Shown piece after piece: positions 10,435-19,953 of a DNA stretch of 63,383 nt. The notes beneath the pieces are model-generated. The model was given only the letters and a program-made list of their open reading frames with translations. It was not told where the DNA came from and searched no databases. Each line of letters opens with the position of its first letter. Within the stretch, counting starts at the first letter, position 1. The stretch comes from an uncultured Sulfurimonas sp. GTDB taxonomy: Bacteria > Campylobacterota > Campylobacteria > Campylobacterales > Sulfurimonadaceae. The translations under genes were made by a program, and so were the position numbers. The stretch covers positions 1 through 63,383 of the forward strand of contig CAYRVR010000001.1 in NCBI GenBank assembly GCA_964427835.1, given 5' to 3'.

Positions 10435-11654
10435 TGAAACAGATATTTTTTACCTTTTTTCTTTTTATTTCACTCCTTTATGCAGGAAATATAGACAAAA
10501 AGATAAATAAGACAAGTAATCAGCTCCATTCCTATAAAAAAAACTATGTCAATCTTCATAAAAAACTCCGTGCCACTGCAAAGGCTATAATAGAGCAAAA
10601 ACGGGCTTTAAAAAAGCAAATACAATATTTAGAAGCACTCAAAAATGATCTTTCCTTAAAATCATCAAGTTATGATGAAAATGTAAAACAGCTGCGTTTA
10701 CTGAGAAAGTCTCAAGAGAGTTTGAAAACAAAACAGGAACATATTGAAGAGAGTCTTGTATTTTTTATTGCAAAAAGTGTCTCTTTGTCTGTTGTTCTTG
10801 AGGAAAAATACAGTGAAAATGAAGAGTCACTCATTGAAGTGGAAATTTTAAAAGCAATGTTAAAATCTTCTCAAGAAGAGGTAAATAAGCTGAATAAAGT
10901 TTTTTATGAAAATCAAAAAAAGATTGATCTTTTGCAAAAACATAGTACAACACTTGAATCATCTATTGCAAAAATTGATAAAAAGAGAAAAGAGCTTCTT
11001 AAAATTACACAAGAAAATAAACAGGCGTTGGCGAGATTACAAAAAGAAAAGCTCTCTTATAAAAAGGCCTTAAAACGTGTCATAAGAAGAGAAAATGCAC
11101 TTACAAATACCTTAGAAAAACTCCATATTCTAAAACGTAATGCTATTGAAAAAGAGCGTCAGAGAAAAGCAAGAGAGGCTGCGTTTGCAAAACAAAAAAT
11201 CAATCTCAATGCGAAGTTACCAAAGGTGAAACAACATGGAAATAGTTACCAACGTGTAAAAACTGTGCGTTATAGAGGTCCAAAAACCATAGCTCCTTTG
11301 TCAAATTACGTTATAACTAAAAAATATGGTCCTTATACGGATCCGATTTATGGAATTAAAATCTTTAACGAATCTATTTCTTTGCATTCAAAAGTACCAA
11401 ATGCAAAAGTTAAAAACGTCATGAATGGAAAAGTAATTTATGCAGATAAAACGGCTGTACTAAATAACATTGTTATAGTTGAGCACAAAAATGGGTTACA
11501 TACAATTTATGCAAACCTCTCTCAAATAGCACCAAATATAAGAAAAGGTAAGAAAATTAGACAAGGTGCTGTTGTTGGACGTATAAGAAATGAACTTGTT
11601 TTTGAAGTCACACAAAAAAATGATCATATAAATCCAATACGTTTATTTAAATAG
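10434..11654 (+). CDS. envC: Murein hydrolase activator EnvC (coiled coil + degenerate M23 domain)
   Basis: Signal peptide, long coiled coil, IVIVEHKNGLHTIYANL M23-like C-terminus; follows ftsEX. Confidence 0.8.
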   Translation: MKQIFFTFFLFISLLYAGNIDKKINKTSNQLHSYKKNYVNLHKKLRATAKAIIEQKRALKKQIQYLEALKNDLSLKSSSYDENVKQLRLLRKSQESLKTKQEHIEESLVFFIAKSVSLSVVLEEKYSENEESLIEVEILKAMLKSSQEEVNKLNKVFYENQKKIDLLQKHSTTLESSIAKIDKKRKELLKITQENKQALARLQKEKLSYKKALKRVIRRENALTNTLEKLHILKRNAIEKERQRKAREAAFAKQKINLNAKLPKVKQHGNSYQRVKTVRYRGPKTIAPLSNYVITKKYGPYTDPIYGIKIFNESISLHSKVPNAKVKNVMNGKVIYADKTAVLNNIVIVEHKNGLHTIYANLSQIAPNIRKGKKIRQGAVVGRIRNELVFEVTQKNDHINPIRLFK

Positions 11655-11695
11655 TTTTTGATATAATTTCAAAAATTAAAAACAGAGAATAGAAT

Positions 11696-13168
11696 ATGAA
11701 ATTTATCCAAACTCGCGGAGTTGATAGTTCTAGAGATGAAAAAGTTACTTTTTCTCAAGCTATACTAAGCCCAATAGCCTCTTTTGGAGGTCTGTATGTA
11801 CCCGAAACACTTCCAGAATTAGGTGAAGATTTTTTAACAAAACATCTTACTTCTTCCTACAAGACACTAGCAAAAGATATGCTTTCTCGTTTTGAGATTG
11901 ATATAGAAGATGCTGTGATTGATGAAGCACTTGCTTTGTATGATAATTTTGATGATGCAAAAAATCCAGTACCTGTTGTGAAGGTAAAAGAGGACCTTTA
12001 CATTAGTGAGCTTTATCATGGGCCTACCCGTGCATTTAAAGATATGGCTTTACAACCTTTTGGAATTGTTCTCTCTTCCATTGCACAACGTTTAAATGAA
12101 AACTATCTTATTTTAGCGGCAACAAGTGGTGACACTGGTCCTGCGGCGTTAGAGACATTTAAAAACCGTGCAAATGTGAAAGTGGCTTGTATGTATCCCG
12201 ATGGTGGTACAAGTGATGTACAGCGTTTACAAATGGTAACAGAAGATGCACCAAATTTAAAAGTTATTGGTATCCGTGGTGTTTTTGATGATGCCCAAAC
12301 TGCATTGAAACGTCTTTTAGCATCGCAAAGTTTTAAAGAAGCACTTGCGAAAAAAGATACAAAACTCTCAGCAGCAAATTCTGTCAATTTTGGACGTATA
12401 ATATTTCAAATAATCTACCATATTCATTCTTATCTTGAACTCGTTCGCCAACATGCAATCAGTATGGGCGAAAAAGTTTACCTCAATGTTCCAAGTGGAA
12501 ATTTTGGAAATGCATTAGGTGGCTATTATGCTTGGAAAATGGGTCTTCCTGTTGAAAAAATCATTATCTCTTCAAATGAAAATAATGTTTTAACAAAGCT
12601 TATTCGCGAGGGAAAATACGATATTCGTAATTGTGAAGTTGTGGGAACAACATCTCCTGCGATGGATATTTTAAAGTCATCAAATGTTGAAAGAGTTTTA
12701 TATGATCTCTTTGGTACACAAAGAACGCGTGAACTTATGAATGATTTGGAAGAAAAAAATGTGTACGAACTACGTGCAGATGAACTTGCAAAACTTCGTG
12801 AATTTTTTGATGCAGACTATTGTAATGGGGATGAAGGTAAAAAGTATATTAAAGAAATATTTGAAAATTATCATTATCTTATGGACCCACACACTGCAAC
12901 ATGTATGAAATCTTATGAAACATGTTCAAAACCTGGCATTAAAACGATTGCCTACTCGACTGCAGAGTGGACAAAATTTTCTCCTGTTATTGCTAATGCA
13001 CTCACTGGGGAAGAAGATGCTCAAGACATAATGGCATTGAAATCAATTTCAAAAGTAGCAGGGCTTGAGATTCCAGCTATGATAAATGAGCTTTTTACAA
13101 AAGAGATTGCACAAAAAACAATTATTGATAAAGAAGAAATTGAGGCTGAGATACTAAAGTTTTTATAA
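11696..13168 (+). CDS. thrC: Threonine synthase
   Basis: ELYHGPTRAFKD (PLP Lys), ATSGDTG, SAANSVNFGR, VPSGNFGN, DPHTA. Confidence 0.95.
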   Translation: MKFIQTRGVDSSRDEKVTFSQAILSPIASFGGLYVPETLPELGEDFLTKHLTSSYKTLAKDMLSRFEIDIEDAVIDEALALYDNFDDAKNPVPVVKVKEDLYISELYHGPTRAFKDMALQPFGIVLSSIAQRLNENYLILAATSGDTGPAALETFKNRANVKVACMYPDGGTSDVQRLQMVTEDAPNLKVIGIRGVFDDAQTALKRLLASQSFKEALAKKDTKLSAANSVNFGRIIFQIIYHIHSYLELVRQHAISMGEKVYLNVPSGNFGNALGGYYAWKMGLPVEKIIISSNENNVLTKLIREGKYDIRNCEVVGTTSPAMDILKSSNVERVLYDLFGTQRTRELMNDLEEKNVYELRADELAKLREFFDADYCNGDEGKKYIKEIFENYHYLMDPHTATCMKSYETCSKPGIKTIAYSTAEWTKFSPVIANALTGEEDAQDIMALKSISKVAGLEIPAMINELFTKEIAQKTIIDKEEIEAEILKFL

Positions 13169-13178
13169 CTTTAGTATG

Positions 13179-13820
13179 TTATTTTAAGCGCTCTTCAAGT
13201 GGTGTATCTTTTGGCATGAGTCCATATTTTGCCAAATCGACTTTAATCTCTTTTTCTTTTGCTTTTAAAATGCGTTGGATGACAGGGTTTCTATCCATTT
13301 TATATGTTTCGGTTTTAACAACATTACCTTTTTTATCAAAGTACTTTTTTACGCCAACTTTATAATTGTTTTTATAAAAAACTTCTGATGATTTATAGCC
13401 TTGCTCATCCCACTCTTGCATCACTCCTTCACGTTTACCATTTACGTATTTTACTTGTGATCCTAAAACACCGTTATCGTAGTACATTTTTTGTACTCCG
13501 TCTTTTTGTCCATTTATATAATTAATAACTAATTTTTTATTACCGTTATCGTAGTAAGAGGTGTAGATACCATTCTCTTTACCATGTGTAAAATTGACCT
13601 TTGATTTAACAGTGCCTTTGTCTGAAAACCAGATGGTAATGCCATTGCGTTTGCAATTTTCATACATTGCTTTTTGTGTTTTATTTTCTACTATATATTT
13701 GTGAGGGTTTTTACATAGAAGCGTTTCTGTCGATTTTGCATTTGCAACTATGTTTAGCAATACAAGAGAACTAATCACTAAAAGAGTGTTTCTTTGTGTC
13801 ATTATAGATCCTTTTTTCAT
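13179..13820 (-). CDS. Exported MORN-variant (YwqK-like) repeat protein
   Basis: Signal peptide; repeats of Y.NG.K.G....YY.NG. Confidence 0.75.
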   Translation of the reverse strand: MKKGSIMTQRNTLLVISSLVLLNIVANAKSTETLLCKNPHKYIVENKTQKAMYENCKRNGITIWFSDKGTVKSKVNFTHGKENGIYTSYYDNGNKKLVINYINGQKDGVQKMYYDNGVLGSQVKYVNGKREGVMQEWDEQGYKSSEVFYKNNYKVGVKKYFDKKGNVVKTETYKMDRNPVIQRILKAKEKEIKVDLAKYGLMPKDTPLEERLK

Positions 13821-13950
13821 TAGTATTAATTATATCATGAAATTGTAACGATAAATATAAGGTATTATTGTAATAACAATATCTCATAAATATTTATATT
13901 AAGGCATCACTAATGAAGTCTAATGTAAAATATAAGTATTAGGATAATAT

Positions 13951-14349
13951 ATGAATGAATCTATGGAAGAAGATCTTAGAAAAAAACGGGATATGCTCTA
14001 TTACAATCAATTGGTAAAAGCAGAGCGCAAAAAAAGTAATAAAAAAAAGCAAAAAAAGCAGAAGGTGAGTTTTGGTGCTCAAAAAGTAGATTTTAGAGAT
14101 TTTATTTATGTACCAGAAGAGTGGGCTGGTTTGGCGTATGCGATTTATACTGTACTGATACCTTACGTTGCTGGAGCTATTTTTCTCTTTTTAGTAATTG
14201 CGCGTGGAAGTTATGAAAATTTTAAACTTTTAGATATTAATGCCTTTCCAATTGTATGGCTTATAGGGTATGAAATTGTAGCAGTTGTTATGCTGATATG
14301 GATTTTAGTGCTTTATTTGAAATACGATGAGGATGGTGATGAGTATTAG
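13951..14349 (+). CDS. Hypothetical membrane protein (2 TM, basic N-terminus)
   Basis: AGGA RBS, TAAAAT -10 upstream, two hydrophobic segments. Confidence 0.6.
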   Translation: MNESMEEDLRKKRDMLYYNQLVKAERKKSNKKKQKKQKVSFGAQKVDFRDFIYVPEEWAGLAYAIYTVLIPYVAGAIFLFLVIARGSYENFKLLDINAFPIVWLIGYEIVAVVMLIWILVLYLKYDEDGDEY

Positions 14350-14361
14350 ATGACAGACTCT

Positions 14362-15123
14362 TTAGAGAGGAGTCGTCGCTTTTTTATAGGCTGCTTCCAC
14401 TGCGTTTATGCAAGCACTTCTTACATTTTTTTCTTCAAGTGCAGCGTATCCTGCTGCTGTTGTTCCACCTGGGCTCATAACACCATCTTTTAAAAGGGCG
14501 GGATGCGTCTTTTGAATCAGTGCTCCAAAACCATCAAATAACCCTCGCATAATCGCCATAGCATCATCTCTTTTAAGTCCCTGTTTTACTGCACCATCTG
14601 CCAGTGCTTCTGCAATAAGAGCAAGATATGCGGGACCACTTCCTGCTAGTGCTGTAGCAATATCTATCTCTTTTTCACTTCCAAGCCAACGGGTTTGTCC
14701 TACTGTACCTAAAAGTTTTAGGGCTTCTTCTTTAAATGCAATATCACCTGTGAGTGTTGTCATTGATTTTGAAACACTTGCTGCAAGATTTGGCATAGCA
14801 CGAACGACTGCGTTTGTGTTGAGATTTGTTTTTATTTTCTCAATGGTAGTACCGGCAAGTACAGAATAAATAACTTCTGCCTTACCTATAAATTTTGTTG
14901 CGATTTCCCCAACATTTGCAGGTTTTACGCATAAAAGGAGTGTTTTGTCAGTAATATCAAATCCATCAAGGAGATATTTTTGCACGGGTACGCCAAGGTT
15001 TTTTTCAAAAAGTTCCAACTTATTTGCATCTCTTCCAACAACTTCTAGTTTATAGTTGTCTTTTAAACCCTGTGCAATACTCAAGGCCATATTACCATTT
15101 CCGATAAATGTTATAGTTTTCAT
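14362..15123 (-). CDS. proC: Pyrroline-5-carboxylate reductase
   Basis: FIGNGNMA, LCVKP, RAMPN, AGSGPAY, VMSPGGTT. Confidence 0.95.
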   Translation of the reverse strand: MKTITFIGNGNMALSIAQGLKDNYKLEVVGRDANKLELFEKNLGVPVQKYLLDGFDITDKTLLLCVKPANVGEIATKFIGKAEVIYSVLAGTTIEKIKTNLNTNAVVRAMPNLAASVSKSMTTLTGDIAFKEEALKLLGTVGQTRWLGSEKEIDIATALAGSGPAYLALIAEALADGAVKQGLKRDDAMAIMRGLFDGFGALIQKTHPALLKDGVMSPGGTTAAGYAALEEKNVRSACINAVEAAYKKATTPL

Positions 15124-15175
15124 AAAAGTCCTAAATATTTTTATGGTAGTATAACATATTGAAAAAAGCTAGATA

Positions 15176-16426
15176 ATGATGGAGTTTAAAATAATGGAAC
15201 AATTTTTAGCAGAAGCCAAAGCTTCAAGTAGAATTTTAGGCAATTTAAGTGGCAGTGAAAAAAATAGAATTTTAAAAGAGATGGCAAATGCTTTACGGGC
15301 AAATACCATGTCTCTTATAGAAGCCAATGCTATTGATATGCTTGAGGGTGAAAAAAATAAACTCTCTTCAGCTTTAATGGATCGGCTCCTTTTAGATGAA
15401 GAGCGTATAGAGTCTATGGCTGTTGCAATGGAAGAAATTGCCGCTCTTAAAGAGCCAGTTGGCCGTGTACTTGATGGTTGGATAACAGAAGATGGATTGA
15501 AAATTGAAAAAGTTTCTATTGCTATTGGTGTTATTGGTATCATTTATGAATCACGTCCGAATGTGACAAGTGACACTGCAGCACTTTGTTTTAAAAGTTC
15601 CAATGTCTGTGTTTTAAAAGGTGGTAAAGAGGCTGAATTTTCCAATAAAGCAATAGCAAAAGTACTTAAAGCTGTTTTAGAAAAAAATGACCTGCCAACT
15701 TCGCTGATTTCGCTTATTCCCGATAGTTCACGCGAAGGGGTTGCAAAGCTTATAAAAATGGATAAATATGTAGATCTTATTATTCCTCGTGGTGGGGCAG
15801 GGCTTATTAAGTATGTCAGCGAAAATGCAACGGTAAGCGTTGTTAAACACGACAAAGGTCAGTGCCATACCTATATAGATAAAGATGCAAATATGCAAAA
15901 TGCCATTAAAATTGCCATTAATGCAAAGGTACAACGTCCTGGTGTTTGTAATGCAATGGAAACACTCCTTGTCGATAAAGCCATTGCAAAGGAGGCACTC
16001 AAAGAGCTTAAAAAGGCTTTTGATAAAGAAGGAACTATACTCAAAGGGTGTGCCCAAACGCAGCAGCTTATAGATGTAGAGAGTGCAAGTGAGGAAGATT
16101 TTGATACAGAGTATTTGGCAAATATTTTAAATATTAAAGTTGTTGATGGAGTAAATGGTGCGATTGAACATATTGTAAAATATGGTTCAGGTCATTCAGA
16201 AGCTATTATTACAGAAAATATTACTACAGCGGAAGAGTTTTTAAATAACATTGATGCCGCTGCTGTTTATGTAAATGCTTCTACTCGTTTTACAGATGGT
16301 GGTGCATTTGGTTTTGGTGCAGAAGTTGGGATTAGCACAAATAAACTTCATGCGAGAGGGCCTATGGGCATTGAAGGTTTAACAACCTATAAGTATAAAA
16401 TTTATGGTAAAGGGCAAATACGATAA
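15176..16426 (+). CDS. proA: Gamma-glutamyl phosphate reductase
   Basis: IYESRPNVT, IIPRGG, PGVCNAMETLL, VNASTRFTDG, STNKLHARGP. Confidence 0.95.
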   Translation: MMEFKIMEQFLAEAKASSRILGNLSGSEKNRILKEMANALRANTMSLIEANAIDMLEGEKNKLSSALMDRLLLDEERIESMAVAMEEIAALKEPVGRVLDGWITEDGLKIEKVSIAIGVIGIIYESRPNVTSDTAALCFKSSNVCVLKGGKEAEFSNKAIAKVLKAVLEKNDLPTSLISLIPDSSREGVAKLIKMDKYVDLIIPRGGAGLIKYVSENATVSVVKHDKGQCHTYIDKDANMQNAIKIAINAKVQRPGVCNAMETLLVDKAIAKEALKELKKAFDKEGTILKGCAQTQQLIDVESASEEDFDTEYLANILNIKVVDGVNGAIEHIVKYGSGHSEAIITENITTAEEFLNNIDAAAVYVNASTRFTDGGAFGFGAEVGISTNKLHARGPMGIEGLTTYKYKIYGKGQIR

Positions 16427-17070
16427 TGCTCTCAATTGATACCTTAAAAAAAGTAAATATGTTTAAGCATCTTGATGAACCAGAATTAAAATTGCTACTT
16501 TCTATCTCAAGGCAGAGACATTTTTCCGATGGAGAAATTCTTTTTTATGAAAAAGAGAAACCACAGTATCTTACTGTAGTGCTAGAGGGAGTTGTAAAAA
16601 TTTATAAAGTGGATCCTAAACATAATGAAATTACACTCCACCGTTTTGTGCCAAATAATTTTGTGGCTGAGATGGCTGTTTTTGAAGGTATTCCCTATCC
16701 TGCATCTGCTGCGTTTGAGACTGAAGGGAGTGTTTTAGAAATTAACTTTGACAAGTTTAAAGAGTACTTTTTTACAAAACCTGAAATTACTATGGCTCTT
16801 TTTCGCTCTCTTACACAAAAAATACAGTACTTAGACAACGTAATTGGACTTACTGTTATTTTAGACTCTACAGCGAGAGTGGCAAAGTATCTGTGTGAAA
16901 ATGATGCCGCATTAGGTATGAAGCACAATAAAATAGCACAGGATCTTCATATAACTCCAGAGACACTCTCTCGTATATTTAAAAAATTTACGAAACTTGG
17001 TTTTATTGCAAAAGAGCAGGGTACATACAAAATAGTTGATAGAAATGCTTTAGAGATACTTTTTGAATAA
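16426..17070 (+). CDS. Crp/Fnr-family transcriptional regulator, Dnr/NssR-like
   Basis: cNMP-binding-like domain (EMAVFEGIPYPASA), HTH with TPETLSR recognition helix; no N-terminal FNR Cys cluster; TAATG overlap with proA. Confidence 0.88.
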   Translation: MLSIDTLKKVNMFKHLDEPELKLLLSISRQRHFSDGEILFYEKEKPQYLTVVLEGVVKIYKVDPKHNEITLHRFVPNNFVAEMAVFEGIPYPASAAFETEGSVLEINFDKFKEYFFTKPEITMALFRSLTQKIQYLDNVIGLTVILDSTARVAKYLCENDAALGMKHNKIAQDLHITPETLSRIFKKFTKLGFIAKEQGTYKIVDRNALEILFE

Positions 17071-17094
17071 AAGGTTGGATATTCATTATCAATA

Positions 17095-17136
17095 TTGATA
17101 TATATCAACTGGTATTTCCTTTAATTTAAATACAAT
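17095..17136 (+). promoter_or_regulatory. Fnr/Dnr/NssR box (TTGATatatATCAA) plus -10 TACAAT
   Basis: Perfect palindrome 17095-17108; TACAAT at 17131-17136, 22 nt spacer, consistent with class II activation. Confidence 0.85.
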
Positions 17137-17167
17137 CCGCATTGAATATAAATTAAAGGATTTAAAA

Positions 17168-17515
17168 ATGTCACATATACCTGATGATGCAAAAAAAATT
17201 GAAGTCGAAGGCGCTACAGTTGATTTTTATAAGCTAGAAAAAGATGGACAAAGTACTTACTACTTTGATACTTCAAAAGAGGGTCCACCACATCCAATGG
17301 TAAACGCAATGGCTGGTATAGCTATGATTAAAGGAACAAATGATACAGTGGTTATGATTAATCATAAAACTCCTGCTGGTCTTTTTGCAAAACTAGAAGA
17401 TGATGTGAAATATGTGATAGAAGAGCTTGGCGATGGACTTGTAAAGGTTGTTTTTTCATATAATAATAACGCAAGTAATGAATCAGATCTGACACAAACA
17501 AGTTGTCAAGGTTAG
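17168..17515 (+). CDS. DUF2249/SirA-like small protein
   Basis: FDTSKEGPPHPMVNAM..MINHKTPAGLFAKL resembles the DUF2249 D.R...PPEP / ..H.P..L pattern; AAGGA RBS. Confidence 0.55.
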   Translation: MSHIPDDAKKIEVEGATVDFYKLEKDGQSTYYFDTSKEGPPHPMVNAMAGIAMIKGTNDTVVMINHKTPAGLFAKLEDDVKYVIEELGDGLVKVVFSYNNNASNESDLTQTSCQG

Positions 17516-17523
17516 CATCATAA

Positions 17524-18762
17524 ATGAACTCAATATCGCAAGATTTTGCTCCTCCATTTAAACTTATAGCTCCCTTTTTTATAATAGGGAGTCTTTTTTA
17601 CTTTTTATCATCGATTTATCTCTTTTTCTTGGATGCGTCACACCTTTCATTTTCACAACCTGATATACTTGGATTTGTCCATCTGTTTTTACTTGGATTT
17701 ATTATGATGATTATTTTTGGTGCAATGGCACAGTTGGTACCGGTTGTTCTTGAAGTAGGGCATTTTGGAGTAGAACTTTTTTATGCAATCTGGCCACTTC
17801 TACTCATAGGTACACTGCTTATGATAGGAGGCTTTCTCTTTTCTTCTGCACTTTTGCCTTATGGTGGTGTGGTAGTATTTATCGCAATGATGATATTTGT
17901 TAGTGAAATATTTTTAACAATTGCAAAAGTAAAGAAATTAACATTAGTGATGAGCAGTGTACTTATTTCAAATACATTCTTGTTTTTTGGCATTGTTTTT
18001 GGACTTTTGATGGCACTCTCTTTTGCTGGAACTATTTCTGTTCCTATTAGTGCGCTTTTACAAGCACATATATACTCTGTACTAGGTGGTTATATCATTA
18101 TTACCATTATGGGACTTTCAATTGTTCTTGTACCAATGTTTACACTCTCTCACAGCTTTTCTTTAAGGCCTTTAGAGATTGGAATCACTGTGATGAGTGT
18201 TGCTGTTGTATTGGCTATTTTGTCATCATTTTTTGATATTGTAGTTTTAAAATATCTTGCTTATGTTATGGCAATGTTTTCACTGTTGTCATATTTTAAA
18301 TTGATATATATTATTTATACGACGCGTCCAAGAAAAGAGAATGATGTCTATGCAATTTCATTAATATACTCTTATAGTTCCATGCTATTAGCAATAGTTT
18401 TAGGTGCTATATATGTTGTGAGTAATAAAGAAGCTTTTTTATTAGCTTCTATGTGGATGCTCTTTTTTGGATTTTTTGCTTTTCTTATCACAGGGCATAT
18501 TTATAAGATCATTCCATTTTTAGTATGGTTTGAACGGTTTTCTCCTTTAGTTGGAAAGCAAAAAGTTCCAATGCTTGCAGATATGGTACCATATAAAAGT
18601 TCACAGGCACAGTTTGTTTTTTGTGGTATCGGTGTTATTTTAGTGGCAATTGCGATACTGTTAGGGAGTAATATATTTTTAGGTGCAGGTGCTTCGTTCC
18701 TACTCATAGGAACGTTAGCATTTGTTAGAAGTGTTTTTTATATGATAAATTTTAAAAGTTAA
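17524..18762 (+). CDS. Polytopic (~12 TM) membrane protein with His-containing internal repeats (NnrS / heme-copper oxidase subunit I-like fold suspected)
   Basis: Three repeats: VHLFLLGFIMMIIFGAMAQLVP, AHIYSVLGGYIIITIMGLSIVLVP, MLFFGFFAFLITGHIYKIIP. Confidence 0.65.
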   Translation: MNSISQDFAPPFKLIAPFFIIGSLFYFLSSIYLFFLDASHLSFSQPDILGFVHLFLLGFIMMIIFGAMAQLVPVVLEVGHFGVELFYAIWPLLLIGTLLMIGGFLFSSALLPYGGVVVFIAMMIFVSEIFLTIAKVKKLTLVMSSVLISNTFLFFGIVFGLLMALSFAGTISVPISALLQAHIYSVLGGYIIITIMGLSIVLVPMFTLSHSFSLRPLEIGITVMSVAVVLAILSSFFDIVVLKYLAYVMAMFSLLSYFKLIYIIYTTRPRKENDVYAISLIYSYSSMLLAIVLGAIYVVSNKEAFLLASMWMLFFGFFAFLITGHIYKIIPFLVWFERFSPLVGKQKVPMLADMVPYKSSQAQFVFCGIGVILVAIAILLGSNIFLGAGASFLLIGTLAFVRSVFYMINFKS

Positions 18763-18772
18763 GGATTTAGCA

Positions 18773-19078
18773 ATGGCAATGTATACAAAAGATGAAATTC
18801 TTCAAGCAATCTCTACAGTAATTGATCCTGAAGTTGGATTTAATCTTGTTGAGATGGGATTGATTTATGATGCAAGCAGTGATGATGAGGGAAATGTAAA
18901 AGTGACAATGACACTCTCTACCAAGGCCTGTCCACTCCATCAAATGATTTTACAATGGGTAAAAGAGGCTGTTGAAAAACTACCAAATGTTAAAGAAGTT
19001 GATATTGAAGTGGTATGGGAACCTGCATGGAACATTACAATGGCAGATGAGAATGTGAAAAAGGCGTTAGGGGCATAG
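18773..19078 (+). CDS. DUF59/SufT (PaaD-like) metal-sulfur cluster assembly factor
   Basis: VIDPEVGFNLVEMGLIY, MTLSTKACP, VVWEPAW. Confidence 0.9.
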   Translation: MAMYTKDEILQAISTVIDPEVGFNLVEMGLIYDASSDDEGNVKVTMTLSTKACPLHQMILQWVKEAVEKLPNVKEVDIEVVWEPAWNITMADENVKKALGA

Positions 19079-19095
19079 ACAAAGAAAGGAAGTAG

Positions 19096-19389
19096 TTACT
19101 TCTCATTTTGATGGGAGAGGTAACTTCTCTTTATGGTAATAAGTTCATAGAGTGATACTTTTGGAAGTGCTTGTTTTATGAGCTTATCTGTATCGGGATA
19201 CTTTCCTTGCATTTTTTTAATATCCTCATAAGCTTGTGGTTTTACCTCATGTGTGGCAATGGAGATTCCTCCTGCCCACATAAGTATAATGGCTACCCAT
19301 ACACTTTTTTTTGCATCCGCATAGACTCCGATAAAATGAAACACTACACTGATAATAATTCCAATGCCTATTAAAATAACTAAACTCAT
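19096..19389 (-). CDS. Hypothetical small membrane protein (2 TM + soluble tail)
   Basis: ORF track; GGAG RBS; ATGA overlap with the upstream 53-aa ORF. Confidence 0.65.
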   Translation of the reverse strand: MSLVILIGIGIIISVVFHFIGVYADAKKSVWVAIILMWAGGISIATHEVKPQAYEDIKKMQGKYPDTDKLIKQALPKVSLYELITIKRSYLSHQNEK

Positions 19390-19547
19390 AATTTTACTCT
19401 CTCTCCCTCTGGATGGATGGTGATATTTGCATCTTGAAACATTTTGTCTCCAAAATCTTTTACACCAAGTGTCCCAAGAAGCATTAAAATAACAACTAAA
19501 AATAAAAATACAAGAGCCATACCATAACGCTTAAGAGTATTGAGCAT
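19386..19547 (-). CDS. Unlisted 53-aa single-TM protein (MLNTLKRYGMALVFLFLVVILMLLGTLGVKDFGDKMFQDANITIHPEGERVKL)
   Basis: Translated by hand; GAGG RBS-like sequence upstream; fills the gap exactly (4 nt after the upstream stop, ATGA overlap downstream). Confidence 0.65.
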   Translation of the reverse strand: MLNTLKRYGMALVFLFLVVILMLLGTLGVKDFGDKMFQDANITIHPEGERVKL

Positions 19548-19551
19548 ATTG

Positions 19552-19953
19552 TTATTTTACCTCTTTTGTCTTTTTGGCTGCAATGGGTGCATAATCAACA
19601 CACCGTGCAGTATGAAAATCTCTTTCAAAATCAGGGTTTTTAAAGTAATCTCCCTCAAGATGCCAGCCAAGTTTTTTCGATATGAGTACGGATTGTGAGA
19701 TGGTGCGGCGCATTTTATTTTCACAAATGATAGTTTCTCCGTTGTTAAAGATTTTTTTGACACCCTCTATTCGAGAACTTGTGACATAGTAGTGCAAACC
19801 AATCATAATTGCAAAAAGGACAAATACAATGCTCATTCCCTTCTTAAAAGCACCCTTTGGCATAAATTCTCTTGTTGTTACAAACGCAGTCACTACTAAG
19901 AAAAATAGCATAATAACCATGTATGGAATTTCGAGTTCGAAAAATCTATCCAT
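19552..19953 (-). CDS. Hypothetical membrane protein (2 TM + soluble domain with 2 Cys)
   Basis: ORF track; 8-nt overlap with the nirDL stop; GGAGG RBS. Confidence 0.7.
   Translation of the reverse strand: MDRFFELEIPYMVIMLFFLVVTAFVTTREFMPKGAFKKGMSIVFVLFAIMIGLHYYVTSSRIEGVKKIFNNGETIICENKMRRTISQSVLISKKLGWHLEGDYFKNPDFERDFHTARCVDYAPIAAKKTKEVK

Noticed and set aside
13179-13820. YwqK-like protein as the antitoxin of a toxin-antitoxin pair
   Set aside because: It has a signal peptide and no adjacent toxin gene; MORN-variant repeats are generic
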